DNA of 64,000 nt, from assembly GCA_963810095.1 (NCBI GenBank), contig CAWEMM010000009.1:320001-384000 (forward strand), written 5' to 3'. The stretch is from an uncultured Chloroflexia bacterium. GTDB lineage: Bacteria; Chloroflexota; Anaerolineae; CG2-30-64-16. This document shows positions 45,546-56,165 of this stretch, one piece after another. The notes below the pieces were generated by a model that was given only the letters and a program-made list of their open reading frames with translations, made no database searches and had not been told where the DNA came from. The translations under genes and the position numbers were made by a program. Numbering within the stretch: the first letter of the stretch is position 1; every line of letters begins with the position of its first letter.

Positions 45546-46632
45546 ATGAGCGTCCCAGCGGTTAGCAGCGAGCCGTCCTCCGCCGCGGTGAGAAACCAGG
45601 AATTGCTGCTCGCACTTTGGCGGAACCTGGTGCTCCCGGTCCTCTCGATCCTCGCGGCCCTGGCCGTCGGTGCAGCTTGTGCTGGTGCTGGCCGGCTACA
45701 ACGTTGGCGCGGCCTACGGCGCGCTCTGGCAGGGCGTATTCGGCAACACCCGGAACATGGGCGAGGCCTTCCTGCGCGCCACGCCCCTGATCCTGGTCGG
45801 CGCAGGCATCGCCGTTGCCTTCCGCTGCGGGCATCTGGAACATCGGCGCCGAAGGCCAGTTCTACCTGGGCGCGATCGCAGGCACCTTCATCGGCCTGCA
45901 GGTCGGTGGCCTGACCCCGTTCATCGCCATTCCGCTCGGTCTTCTCGCCGGCTTCCTCGCGGGCGGCGCCTGGGCCGAGCATCGCCGGCTGGATGAAGGT
46001 GCGTCTCGGCCTGAACGAGGTCGTCACCACCATCATGCTCAACTACATCGCGCTTGGCGTCGTCAGCTTCATGGTCAACGGGCCGATGCAGGAGAAGATC
46101 CACGCCAACCCGCAAACGGACCAGATCGCCAAGAGCATGTTCCTGCCCCTCATCTGGCCGCCCACCCGCGTCCACCTCGGCTTTGTTTTTGCCGTGATCG
46201 TGGCGGCCGTGCTTGCCTTCATCCTCTTCCGCACCCGCTGGGGCTATGCCATCCGTGCGGTCGGCTTCAATCCCGAGGCCGCCCGGCACGCCGGCATTAA
46301 CGTCAGCCGCCAGTTCCTCCTCGCCATGCTGCTGAGCGGCGGCGCGGCCGGCATTGCCGGCGCGGTCGAGATCATGGGCGTCACCCAGCGGCTCTACCCC
46401 GATCTTTCGCCCGGCTACGGGTTCACGGGCATTGCGGTGTCGCTGCTGGCCAACAACCATCCCGCTGGGCACGATCCTGTCGGGCTGGCTGTTCGGCGCG
46501 CTGGGCTCGGGCTCGCAGATGATGCAGCTCACCGCCCGCATCCCTGACGTCATGATTTACATCATCCAGGGCCTGGTGATCCTGTTCCTGGTCTCGTTCC
46601 GCATTCTGGGCGCGCGGATCGGCCGGAAGTAG
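45546..46632 (+). CDS. Nucleoside/sugar ABC transporter permease 1 (frameshifted)
   Basis: ATPLIL, NIGAEGQ, NEVVTTIMLNYIA, AVGFNPEAA, GYGFTGIAV. Confidence 0.88.
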
Positions 46633-46645
46633 GAGGAGACGCCCC

Positions 46646-47575
46646 GTGGCATTGCTGCTGGTCCTGCAATCACTGCTGCAAGCCTCCCTGCGCATGGCGG
46701 CTCCGCTGATTTACACCTCCGTGGGCGAGACCTACAACGAGCGGGCGGGCGTCGTCAACATCGGGCTGGAAGGCATCATGCTCATCGGTGCCGTGCACGG
46801 CTTTCGGTGTCACGTATTATCTGAAGTCGATCGGCCTGGCCGTGCTCGCCGCCGCGCTGGTCGCCGGGTTCTTCGGCCTGATCTTTGCCTATGTGACCGT
46901 GACCCTCCAGGCCAACCAGATCGTCACCGGCACGGCCATGAACCTGATCGGCCTGGGCCTTTCCAGCTTCGTGTACCGCGTGGCGTTCCGTGACATGCCC
47001 GGCGCCCGCATCGAGCCGCTGGCCCGCGATCTCCATCCCCGTCCTGAGCAAGATTCCATTCATCGGCCCCATCCTGTTCGAGCAGAACGTGCTCGTCTAC
47101 GGCGCGCTGGTGCTGACGATGGTCGCGGCGCTGGTCATGAACAAGACCATGCTCGGCCTGTCCATCCGTGCGGTCGGCGAGCATCCGCGGGCCGTCTCCA
47201 CGGCCGGTCTGACCGTCTCGCGCCTGCGCTACGGCGCGGCGATCTTCGGTGCGATGATGGCGGGCATCGGCGGCGCGTACCTGCCGATCGCCTGGGCCAA
47301 CACATTTGTCGAGAACATGGTCGCCGGCCGCGGCTTCATCGCCCTCGCGATCGTCGTCTTTGGGCGCTGGACGCCCGTCGGCGCGTTCCTGGCCAGCATC
47401 CTCTTCGGCTTCACCTACGCGCTCCAGCTGCGCCTGCAGACGCAGAATCTGCGCGTCGCGTACCAGTTCCTGCAGGTGCTTGCCCTACATCGCCACGCTC
47501 GTGATCATGGTCATCCTGCGCGGCCGGTCGACACAGCCAAAAGCCATGGGCGTACCCTATTCGGAGCGAGCATGA
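46646..47575 (+). CDS. Nucleoside/sugar ABC transporter permease 2 (frameshifted)
   Basis: ERAGVVNIGLEG, ANQIVTG, RAVGEHP, AGRGFIALA, LPYIAT. Confidence 0.88.
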
Positions 47576-49158
47576 CAGCCACCGACACTCCGGCCCACAG
47601 CACCGTCGGCCGCACTCCCGTGCCCCGCCTGCGGGTGCGCGATGTCTGCAAGAGCTTTGGCACGCTCAGGGCCAACGATCACATCTCGCTCGACGTGATG
47701 CCTGGCGAGGTGATGTGCCTGCTGGGCGAGAACGGCGCGGGCAAGTCGACGCTGATGAACATCGTCTATGGCCTGTACCGTGCGGACCAGGGGCGGATCG
47801 AGATCGACGGCCGCCCGGTGACCATCCGCTCGCCCCACGAGGCCATCGACCACGGCATCGGCATGGTGCACCAGCACTTCATGCTCGTTCCGCCGCTCAC
47901 GGTGACCGACAACATCATCCTCGGGCACCCGGCCCTTGGTCGGTCGCGGTTCGGTCCTCAACGATACGGCGGCGGTCGAGCAGCGCGTCAGCGAGGTGGG
48001 CAAGCGATATGGCCTCAAGATCAAGCCGGACGCCCGCGTTTCAGAACTCAGCGTGGGCGAGCAGCAGCGCGTGGAGATCGTCAAGGCGCTTTACCGCGGG
48101 GTCAGCCTGCTGATCCTCGACGAGCCGACGGCCGTCCTGACGCCGCAGGAGACGACCGATCTTTTCCACACGCTGCGCAGCCTGACCGCGGACGGGCTGG
48201 CCGTCATCTTCATCACCCACAAGCTCAACGAAGTCATGGCCGTCAGCGACCGGGTGACGGTGCTGCGCGACGGGAAGGTCGTCGGCCAGCGCCTGACCAG
48301 CGAGACTTCGATCCACGACCTCGCGGAGCTGATGGTGGGCCGCGAAGTGCAGATGACCATCGACAAGCCCGCCGTGGACTGCGGCGACGAACTGCTGCGT
48401 CATCGAGAACCTGACGGTCGAGGGCGAGCACGGGCGGAAGGCGCTGGACCGCCTCTCGCTGCTGCGTCCACTGCGGCGAGATCGTCGGCGTCGCCGGGGT
48501 GGACGGCAACGGGCAGCGCGAGCTCGCCTTGGCGATCGCGGGCTTGCTGAAGCCCGCGTCCGGGTCGATCCGCCTGGGCACGGCCGACATCGCCGGCAAG
48601 TCGCCGTATGAGATCATCCATGCCGGCTTGCGCCACATCCCGGAAGACCGCCACGCGGCCGGGCCTCGTGCTCGATTTCTCGGTCGCCGATAACCTGATC
48701 CTGAAGCGCTCGGACCAGCCGCCGTTTTCGCGGCGAGGCGTGCTGCAGCCGCGGGCCATCCTCGACTATGCCGCAGCGCACCGTCAAGAAGTTCGACGTG
48801 CGCACGCGCTCGGTCAATACCGAGACCAAGAACCTATCGGGCGGCAACCAGCAGAAGGTCGTGCTGGGCCGCGAGATCGACCAGGACCCCCGGTTGCTCA
48901 TCGCCGCGCAGCCGACCCGCGGCCTGGATGTCGGCGCGACCGAGTACATCCACCAATGCCCTGCTGGCGCAGCGGGCGCGGGGCGTCGCAATCCTGCTGA
49001 TCTCGACCGAACTGGAAGAGATCCTTGCCCTGAGCGACCGCATCGCCGTGATCTACGAGGGCCGCATTATCGGCGAAGTGCCGGGCGACCGGGCAAACAC
49101 GCAGAAGATCGGCCTGATGATGGCCGGCGTCGCGGGGCGAAGATGCTCGCCGCACTAA
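47572..49158 (+). CDS. ABC transporter ATP-binding protein, tandem domains (frameshifted)
   Basis: GENGAGKST, MVHQHFML, LSVGEQQRVEI, ILDEPT, LSGGNQQK, QPTRGLD. Confidence 0.92.
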
Positions 49159-49184
49159 GGCCGACCGATGAAGGAAATGACCAC

Positions 49185-50551
49185 ATGGCAAACATACTGA
49201 TTGAAAACGGCGTCGTCCTGTCGCTCAACCCGCAGCGCGACCTGTTTGCGCCGGGCTACGTCCTGATCGAAGGCGACAAGATTGCCGCGGTTGGGGCCGG
49301 ACGAGTGCGCCGCCCGAAATCGCCGCGCGGGCCGAACGTGTCCTGGACGCGTCGCGCAAGGTCGTCATGCCGGGCATGATTAACATCGCACGAGCACCTC
49401 TTCCAGACCTTCGTGCGCGGCCTTTCCGATAACCGGCCGCTGATGGACTGGCTGCGGGATATCGTGTGGCCGATCAGCGCGGCCATGACCGCGGACGACA
49501 TGTACCTGGCCGCAATGGTGGGCCTGGTCGAAAACCTCCACGGCGGCGCCACTGCGGTGATCGACCACCAGTATCTGCACACGGACCCGGGCAACGACGA
49601 TGCAGCGTGCCGGGCCGCCGCAGAGTTCGGCATGCGCTACCGGCTGGCGCGTGGCTGGACGGACTGAACGCGCCCGCTTCCCTGCTCGACTCGAGCGATC
49701 ACATCGTGGCGGAGACGGGCGCATCCATGACGCCTGGCACGGCAAGGCCAACGGCCGCATTATGGTCGAGTTCGCACCGGGCGTGCCGTGGGGGTGCAGC
49801 GAGGCGACGATGCGCCGGCGCCTACGAGGTTGCGCAAGGAGTGGGACGGCGGCATGCACATCCATGTTGCCGAGACGCGCGTCGAGATCGAGATGGACCG
49901 CGAGACGAAGGGTATGGGCCACATCGAGTGGCTCGATTCGCTCGGCCAGTTGGCCCCGGGCACCCAACTCGTGCACAGCGTCTGGCTCTCTGACCGCGAG
50001 ATCGATCTGATCGAGGGGTCGCGGGTCGGTGGTCGTCCATTGCCCGGCCAGCAACATGTACCTGGGCTCGGGAATTTGCCAGGTGAAGCGGCTGCACGAG
50101 CGCGGCATTCCGGTGGCGCTGGGGCTCGACGGCGCGTGCAACAACGGCTTGGGGATGATCGACCTGCTGAAATGGGCCGCCAATCTGCAGCAGGTGGCGC
50201 ACTTGACGCGCCCGCCCTCAAGCGCGATGGACGTGCTCGATATGGCTTGCCTGGGCGGCGCGGCCGCGATCGGCCAGACCGCGGTCCTCGGCAGCCTCGA
50301 ACCCGGCAAGAAGGCCGACGTCGTCCTGGTCGATCGCGATTCCACCCGGCTTGGCCCTCGCCACGCCGCAGAGCCTGCCCGTTGCTTTGGTCTATACGGC
50401 CAGCAGCGCGGACGTCGACACGGTGATCGTCGACGGCGAAATCCTGCTGCAGGACGGCAAGGTGTGCGGGATCGACGAAGCCGCATTGGTGGCTGAGGCC
50501 CGGTCGGCCTGGGAGGCCGTGCTGGCCCGTGCGGGCGTTTCAGCCGCATAG
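49185..50551 (+). CDS. Amidohydrolase, COG0402 family #4 (frameshifted)
   Basis: HEHLFQT, IDHQY, HIHVAET, HCPASNMYLGSG, GLDG; paralog of 22471. Confidence 0.85.
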
Positions 50552-50638
50552 AGTCTTATCATTGTCGTCCCCGTTCCCGGGTATCGCGATCAAGGATGAA
50601 GTGGCCGGGAGAGGACTCGGGGGAAGAGGTCAGGGAGA

Positions 50639-51788
50639 ATGAGCGTGCCCGGCAAGAGTTACGATGTCATCATCATTGGCGGCGGGTTCATCGGTGTCGC
50701 CACGGCTTACTATCTCGCCCGGCGCGGGACGAGCGTCCTCCTCATCGAGGGCAAGAGTCTCGGCAGCGGCTCCACGGGCGCCTGTGCTGGTCGCGCCCAG
50801 GTGTCCGAGTGCCATCCCGGCCTGCATCTCGACCTGGTCCAGCTCGGTCTGCAGCGCCTGGAACACTTGCAGGAAGAGCTGGGCTACGACTTCGAGTGGC
50901 GGCGCTTCGGCAACATCATGCTGGTCGACACCGAGCACGACTGGCAGGGGTGGGCCGCACAAAGCGCATTGCTGGCAGAGCGTGGCATCCCGGCCGCCAT
51001 GTGGGACGCGCAGACGCTCAAGGAAGCCGAGCCCGCGGTCCGCACCGACGACTTGATGGGCGCTGCGTGGTGCCTCGAAGGTCACGTCAACCCGCTCAAA
51101 TACTGTTGGGCCTACGCCCGCGCCGCCCGCCGTTTCGGCGCGGAGATCCATACGCAGGAACCGGTGATCTGCATCGAGCGCGACGGGGAGCGGATCACCG
51201 GCGTGCGGACGCAGCAGGGCTTCTACGGCGCGGGGCAGGTTCTCGTGGCCGCCGGCGCCTGGACCGCTAAGGTGCTCCGGACGGTGGATGTCGAGCTGCC
51301 CCTCAAGTCGACCAACGCGATGGCCATGATCAGCGAGAAGCTGCCACCCGTGCTCAACAACCACGTCGGGGTGGGCAACTTCTACGAGACCATCCACAAG
51401 AAAGCCAAGGCGGTTGCGCTCGGCGTGCTGCAGTTCCAGAACGGCTCGCTCTACATCGCGGAAGCGGTAGAGATGGGGACCATGGTTCGAATGGAGGCGA
51501 CGCCATGGGGACCGCCCGGCATGGCCCAGGTGCTGCTCGACCGTGTGCCCGCGTTCGCAGAGGGTCCACGTCGTCCGCTCGTGGGCCGCACCGAGCCCCT
51601 TCCTCGAGGACGAGCAGCCGGGGGTTGGCTACATCCCGGGCTTCGACAACCTCTTCCTGGCAACCTGCTTCCACCTGCACGTCACCACCGTGCCCGTGTT
51701 GTGCGACATTATCGCGAGCATGGCCCGCGACGAACCCACGGAGCTCGACGTCTCGGCATTCAGCCCCGCCCGGCTGTGGCCGTCGTAA
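50639..51788 (+). CDS. FAD-dependent oxidoreductase, DAO/sarcosine-oxidase-beta/HcnC family #2
   Basis: IIGGGFIG, GSGSTGACAG, VAAGAW, DVSAFSPAR; frameshift near 51560. Confidence 0.85.
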
Positions 51789-51796
51789 AAGAACGC

Positions 51797-51884
51797 GACG
51801 CTGATTGAACTGATTGAACTGATTCGCATGATCCCTTTTAGAGATCATGAAGATCAGTTCGATCGGTTCAATCAGCGTCCTATT
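51797..51884. repeat. Palindromic repeat family C
   Basis: GACGCTGATTGAACTGATTGAACTGATT...ATCAGTTCGATCGGTTCAATCAGCGTCCTATT. Confidence 0.82.
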
Positions 51885-51911
51885 TCCGATCAGTTTGAGG
51901 AGTGCGAACGC

Positions 51912-52893
51912 ATGCAACCGCTTTCGATGGAGAATTACAGCGTCAACAAAGCCGCCGTCGCGATGATCAAGGACTCCATCGCGCGCGCGGACGAGCTGCA
52001 GATCAAGGCCTGGCGCGCTGAGTGCGGCGCCATGCTGGTCGACATGGGCCTGAACTGTCCCGGCAGTTGGAAGGCGGGCCAGGTGTTTGTTGAGGCCGGC
52101 TACGGCGGGCTCGGCAAGGCAACGTATGGCGTCTTCGATCTGCCGCCGTTCCGCGTGCCTACGCATCGACGTCTGGGTGGACCACCCGGTGATCGCGGTC
52201 GTCGCATCGCAGGCCGGCTGCTGGGAGTTGGGCAAGGGTGAGTTCGCCCAGATCGGCTCGGGCCCTGCCCGGGCGGTCGCGCTCGCAGATCGCTGGTCGC
52301 ACAGCGGCTACGTTGATCATGCCGACGAAGTCGTCGTCCAGCTGCAGACGCGGCGCATCCCGTCCGACGACCTGTGCCTCCAGGTGGCTGACCTCTGCCA
52401 CGTCAAGCCCGAGAATGTGTATGTCGTCTTCGCGCCCACCGCGTGCCTGGTGGGTGCGGTGCAGGTGGCCTCGCGCACGGTCGAGCAAGTCATGGTCAAG
52501 CTCTTCCTGCACGGCTTCGACATTCATTCGGTGAGGCATGGCTGGGGGACCGCGCCGGTCGCGCCGCTGACGCCCGACGAGGGTGAGGCGATGGGGCGCG
52601 TCAACGACTGCCTCTTCTACGGGGCGACGACGGTGCTCTACTCCGACGCACCCGACGAGGAAATCGAGCCGGTGCTGAACCGGCTGTGCTTCGACGTCAA
52701 TGCGGGCGAGTACTGGGGCATGCCCTTCGCCCAGATCTTCGAGCGCTTCCACCACAACTGGTTCGAGGTGCCCGACCTGATCGACTCGCCCGCGCACGTG
52801 GTGATCAACAGCCTGCGCACCGGGCATACCTTCGCTGGCGGGCAGATCAATCGCGAGGTGCTCCAGCGGTCGTTCTTCGGCCGAGCGGCTTGA
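51912..52893 (+). CDS. mch: Methenyltetrahydromethanopterin cyclohydrolase homologue #2 (frameshift near 52160)
   Basis: SVN, GAMLVDMG, DHPVIA..SQAGCW, GSGPARA, APTACLVGAVQVASRTVE, APVAP, MGRVNDCLFYG, QRSFFG. Confidence 0.85.
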
Positions 52894-52911
52894 CAGGCGC
52901 TCGGGTTAGGC

Positions 52912-52938
52912 GTTGGGGCGGGCTGCGCTCGCCCCAAC
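52912..52938. repeat. REP-like hairpin
   Basis: GTTGGGGCGGGC-TGC-GCTCGCCCCAAC between two co-directional genes. Confidence 0.45.
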
Positions 52939-52972
52939 AGCGTTTTGTCCGCGTCTTTGGGCAGGGGTAGGA

Positions 52973-54133
52973 ATGGACCTCAGCGTTCGCATCGGCAGCC
53001 TCGAACTCGCCAACCCGGTCATCATTGCGTCGGGCCCGCCCGGCATCGACGGGGCCGCCATCAGGCGTATGGCGGCGGGCGCACCCGGTGCGATCGTCAC
53101 CAAGTCCATCGACCTGAAACCCTCGCCAGGCCAGCGCCTGAGCCTCTCCTACGCCGTCCCGGGCCGCAAGACGCTCGTGCTCACCGACCTCTGGTCCACC
53201 CACAGCCTCGAGGAGTGGTGCGAACGCGAGCTTCCCCTTGCCAAAGCAGGCGGCGTTCCGGTCATCGTCTCGCTGCAGGCGGTTAGCCTCACGCCAGCCG
53301 AGGACATCGCCCGGATGTCGCAGATGGCGGTGGCGGCCGGCGCGGACGCGATCGAGCTTTCGGCGTTCGGCATGTCGCCTAACGTGGTCGACGGCTCAGG
53401 CATCGGCGCGGTGCAGGACCCGGCGCGCACCTTCGACGTGATCCGGGCCGCCAAGCAGGCGGTGCGCGTGCCGGTCATCGCCAAGCTCCTGCCCGAGCCC
53501 TCCAACCTGATCGACCTGGTGCGGGCATGTGAGGCCGGCGGGGCCGATGCGATCGCCTCCCGCGACTCGGTATTCCCGGCCATCGCCTTTGACATACGCA
53601 CCCGCAAGCCTCGGGTGGCGCGCACCTTCGGCGGCTGGATGCCCGAGCTGTCGGGCCGCGCGATCAAGGAAATGGCGCTGGGTTATGTGGTGGAGATTGC
53701 CAGGCGGACGACCTTACCCGTTATCGGTGTGGGCGGCGTGATGACCTGGGAGGATGCGGTCGAGATGATGATCGCGGGCGCGTCTGCGGTCGGCATCTGC
53801 ACGGCGGCAATGGTCGAGGGGCCGAAGGTGAGCGGCAAGTTTCTGCGAGGCATTTCCGGCTACCTCGCGGAACAAGGGGTGACGCTGGAAGCGCTGCGCG
53901 GCAGTGGCCTGGAGGGGATGCGCCAGGTAAACGAGCTGGCCGAGCAGCCGCTGACCATGTGTGTGGACACCCAGGCGTGCAACCTGTGCGGGGTGTGCCT
54001 GCCGGTCTGCCCGGTGCAGGCGATTCACGAGGGCGACGGGCACATCTACATCGCGCCCGAAGAGTGCATTGCCTCCGCGTTCTGCGTCGAAAACTGTGCC
54101 CGGCATGCCATCAGTGTCGTAGCGCCGGCGTGA
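52973..54133 (+). CDS. DHOD/PreA-like FMN protein with C-terminal ferredoxin domain #2
   Basis: NPVIIASGP, IVTKS, VIAKLLP, LSGRAIK, IGVGGV, CNLCGVCLPVCP; catalytic loop reads ELSAFGMSPN. Confidence 0.85.
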   Translation: MDLSVRIGSLELANPVIIASGPPGIDGAAIRRMAAGAPGAIVTKSIDLKPSPGQRLSLSYAVPGRKTLVLTDLWSTHSLEEWCERELPLAKAGGVPVIVSLQAVSLTPAEDIARMSQMAVAAGADAIELSAFGMSPNVVDGSGIGAVQDPARTFDVIRAAKQAVRVPVIAKLLPEPSNLIDLVRACEAGGADAIASRDSVFPAIAFDIRTRKPRVARTFGGWMPELSGRAIKEMALGYVVEIARRTTLPVIGVGGVMTWEDAVEMMIAGASAVGICTAAMVEGPKVSGKFLRGISGYLAEQGVTLEALRGSGLEGMRQVNELAEQPLTMCVDTQACNLCGVCLPVCPVQAIHEGDGHIYIAPEECIASAFCVENCARHAISVVAPA

Positions 54134-54144
54134 CGCCTATCTGA

Positions 54145-54187
54145 AACCTCCGAGGCCTCAGCAGAGTTGACACAAGCCTCGGAGGTT
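54145..54187. repeat. Palindromic repeat family A with enlarged loop, between convergent genes
   Basis: AACCTCCGAGGC...GCCTCGGAGGTT. Confidence 0.72.
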
Positions 54188-54200
54188 CGTTCGTCCCGGT

Positions 54201-54994
54201 CTATCCAAAGATCTGCTTGACCTTCTCCAGCGCCTCGGCCTCGGTGGTCGAGGGGTAGAATTCGAGCCCGATCAAGCCATCATACTTCAACTCGTGCAGC
54301 TTTTTGGCGATGTTCGGGAAATTGACCTCTCCCGTGCCCGGCTCCTGCCGGGTCGGGGCGTCGCCCACGTGCACGGCCTCGTAAAGCCCCGCATACTGCT
54401 CCAGCCCCCAGATCAGGTTCCCCCGTCGCGCTGCTGATGATAACAGTCAAAAGCCATGTGGAGCTTGGGATGGTCGAACCGGCGCACCCAGTCGGCCGCG
54501 AGATCGTGTTGGTGGACGAGGATGCCGCCCTTGATGTGAAACTCGTTCAGGGCCTCCACCCACACCTTCACCGGGGTCTGCTCGACGAGCTTGAGGATGC
54601 GCTCGGTCTGCTTCAGGCAGTTGGCGTACTGCTCGGCAGGGGTGAAGTTCGAGGACAGCCGCCGGGTGATCGTCCGGCCGTCGACAAAGTCGACCTGGTT
54701 CGAGAAGAGGAACAGGTACTGGACGCCGTACTGGCAGGCCATGTCCAGGCTTTCGGCCCACGTGCGATAGGTCAGCTCGTTGTCGCCGGGATCGGCGAAA
54801 GAGCCCATCTCGTCGTCGAAGGTCGAGTTGATGACGGCCCCCAGGCGGCGGCATTCGGACGCGATCTCGGCCATGGGCTGGCTGCGCCACGACCAGGCAT
54901 CCACCCGCTTGATCCCCAGCTTGCAGATCGGCTCCACCCGCTCGACCATCGGCCGGTCGGTGAACCAGAAATCCAGGTAACCCGTGAACTCCAT
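54201..54994 (-). CDS. Hyi-family TIM barrel #2 (frameshift near 54420)
   Basis: MEFTGYLDFWF... closely similar to 30721-31527; EPGTGEVNF, GLEFYP. Confidence 0.87.
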
Positions 54995-55021
54995 TGTCGT
55001 GCTCCTTCCGAGTGACGCCTT

Positions 55022-55096
55022 AACACAAAGGCACAAAGACACGAAGACAGTGAAACACGAACGAGCTGACGTACTTCCTTTGTGTCTTTGTGGTGA
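55022..55096. repeat. Palindromic repeat family B
   Basis: AACACAAAGGCACAAAGACACGAAG...CCTTTGTGTCTTTGTGGTGA. Confidence 0.78.
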
Positions 55097-55099
55097 TCT

Positions 55100-56125
55100 C
55101 TATACTAGGCGGTGCCGCAACTCGCCGCCGCGCAGGATGGCTTCGATGTTGACGTAATCCCCCGCACGCATCGCGCCGGTCAGGCGGATCGCGCCCGCGG
55201 CAACGTGCGGCGTCAGGATGAGGTTGACCATCGGGTCGCGCGCGAGCGCCAGCAGCGGGTTATCGGGCTGTACCGGCTCCCAGGTGAAGCCGTCGACTGC
55301 GGCGCCACCGAGGTGTCGGGACCGCACGGCCTCGGCCAACGCGTTCTCGTCCACCGTGCCGCTGCCGCCGGTCTGGATGAAGAGGCTGCCCGGCTTCATG
55401 CAATTGAAGAACTCGGCATTGATGGATTCCTCCGCGCCAGGCAGGAGCGGCAGCAGCGCGATGACCACGTCGCAGCTCGCGGCCAGCTCATCTTTGCTGA
55501 CATAATGCAGGCCGAATTGCTGCTCGGCGACGGTGGGCAACTGGCGCCGCTTGTTGTACAGGACCGTGGACCCGAAGGGCTTGAGCCGGATCGCGAGCTC
55601 CAGGCCGATCTCGCCGAAGCCCAGGATGCCTACCTTCTTGTCCATGATCCCGCCGATGTCCTCGCGTCGCGCCCAGTTGTAGGCGAAGTAGTCTTCGTCG
55701 CACTTACGGGGAGGCGTGCCCCAGTCGTCGCCGTCCTCTGAGATCTTCATCAGCTCGCGCACCCGCTTGACCAGTCCCAGCATTTGCAGGAAGACATGCT
55801 CGGCCACGAGCTGGCATGTCTGCACCGGCAGGCAGCAAACGGGGATGCCCGCCGCCTGGGCCGCGGCGAGGTCCAGGTCCCAGGTCTGAATGCCCAACCG
55901 CTGGATCAGCCGCAGATTCTTGCCGGCCGCGATCATGTCCGCGTCGACCACACCCGTACGCTCGGAGATGAAGAACTCCATTTCGGGCAGGAGTGCGAGA
56001 ATCTCTTCCTTGCTCGGGTCGCGGCGCATCACTACGTCCAGCTCGGCCGGCGCGCCCTCGAGCGCCCACTGCTGCTGCTGCTGGCCGCGCTGGGTGACGA
56101 ATAGGATGTGGTGTTTGAGATCCAC
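55100..56125 (-). CDS. D-2-hydroxyacid dehydrogenase-like protein #2
   Basis: GILGFGEIG, MKPGS, AVDGFTWEP, LILTPHVAA; GTG start with GGAGG RBS. Confidence 0.85.
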   Translation of the reverse strand: MDLKHHILFVTQRGQQQQQWALEGAPAELDVVMRRDPSKEEILALLPEMEFFISERTGVVDADMIAAGKNLRLIQRLGIQTWDLDLAAAQAAGIPVCCLPVQTCQLVAEHVFLQMLGLVKRVRELMKISEDGDDWGTPPRKCDEDYFAYNWARREDIGGIMDKKVGILGFGEIGLELAIRLKPFGSTVLYNKRRQLPTVAEQQFGLHYVSKDELAASCDVVIALLPLLPGAEESINAEFFNCMKPGSLFIQTGGSGTVDENALAEAVRSRHLGGAAVDGFTWEPVQPDNPLLALARDPMVNLILTPHVAAGAIRLTGAMRAGDYVNIEAILRGGELRHRLV

Positions 56126-56165
56126 TGCTGACCTCCATAGTATCAGGCGCGTAGCCCGCAACGCT

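Noticed and set aside
49660-49670. In-frame TGA as selenocysteine in amidohydrolase #4
   Set aside because: The paralog reads GWADMN here, and adding one base gives GWTDLN, so it is an indel rather than Sec.
38812-52893. Methanogenesis or methylotrophy module
   Set aside because: No mtd, ftr, fwd/fhc, fae or H4MPT biosynthesis genes lie near either mch gene in this window.
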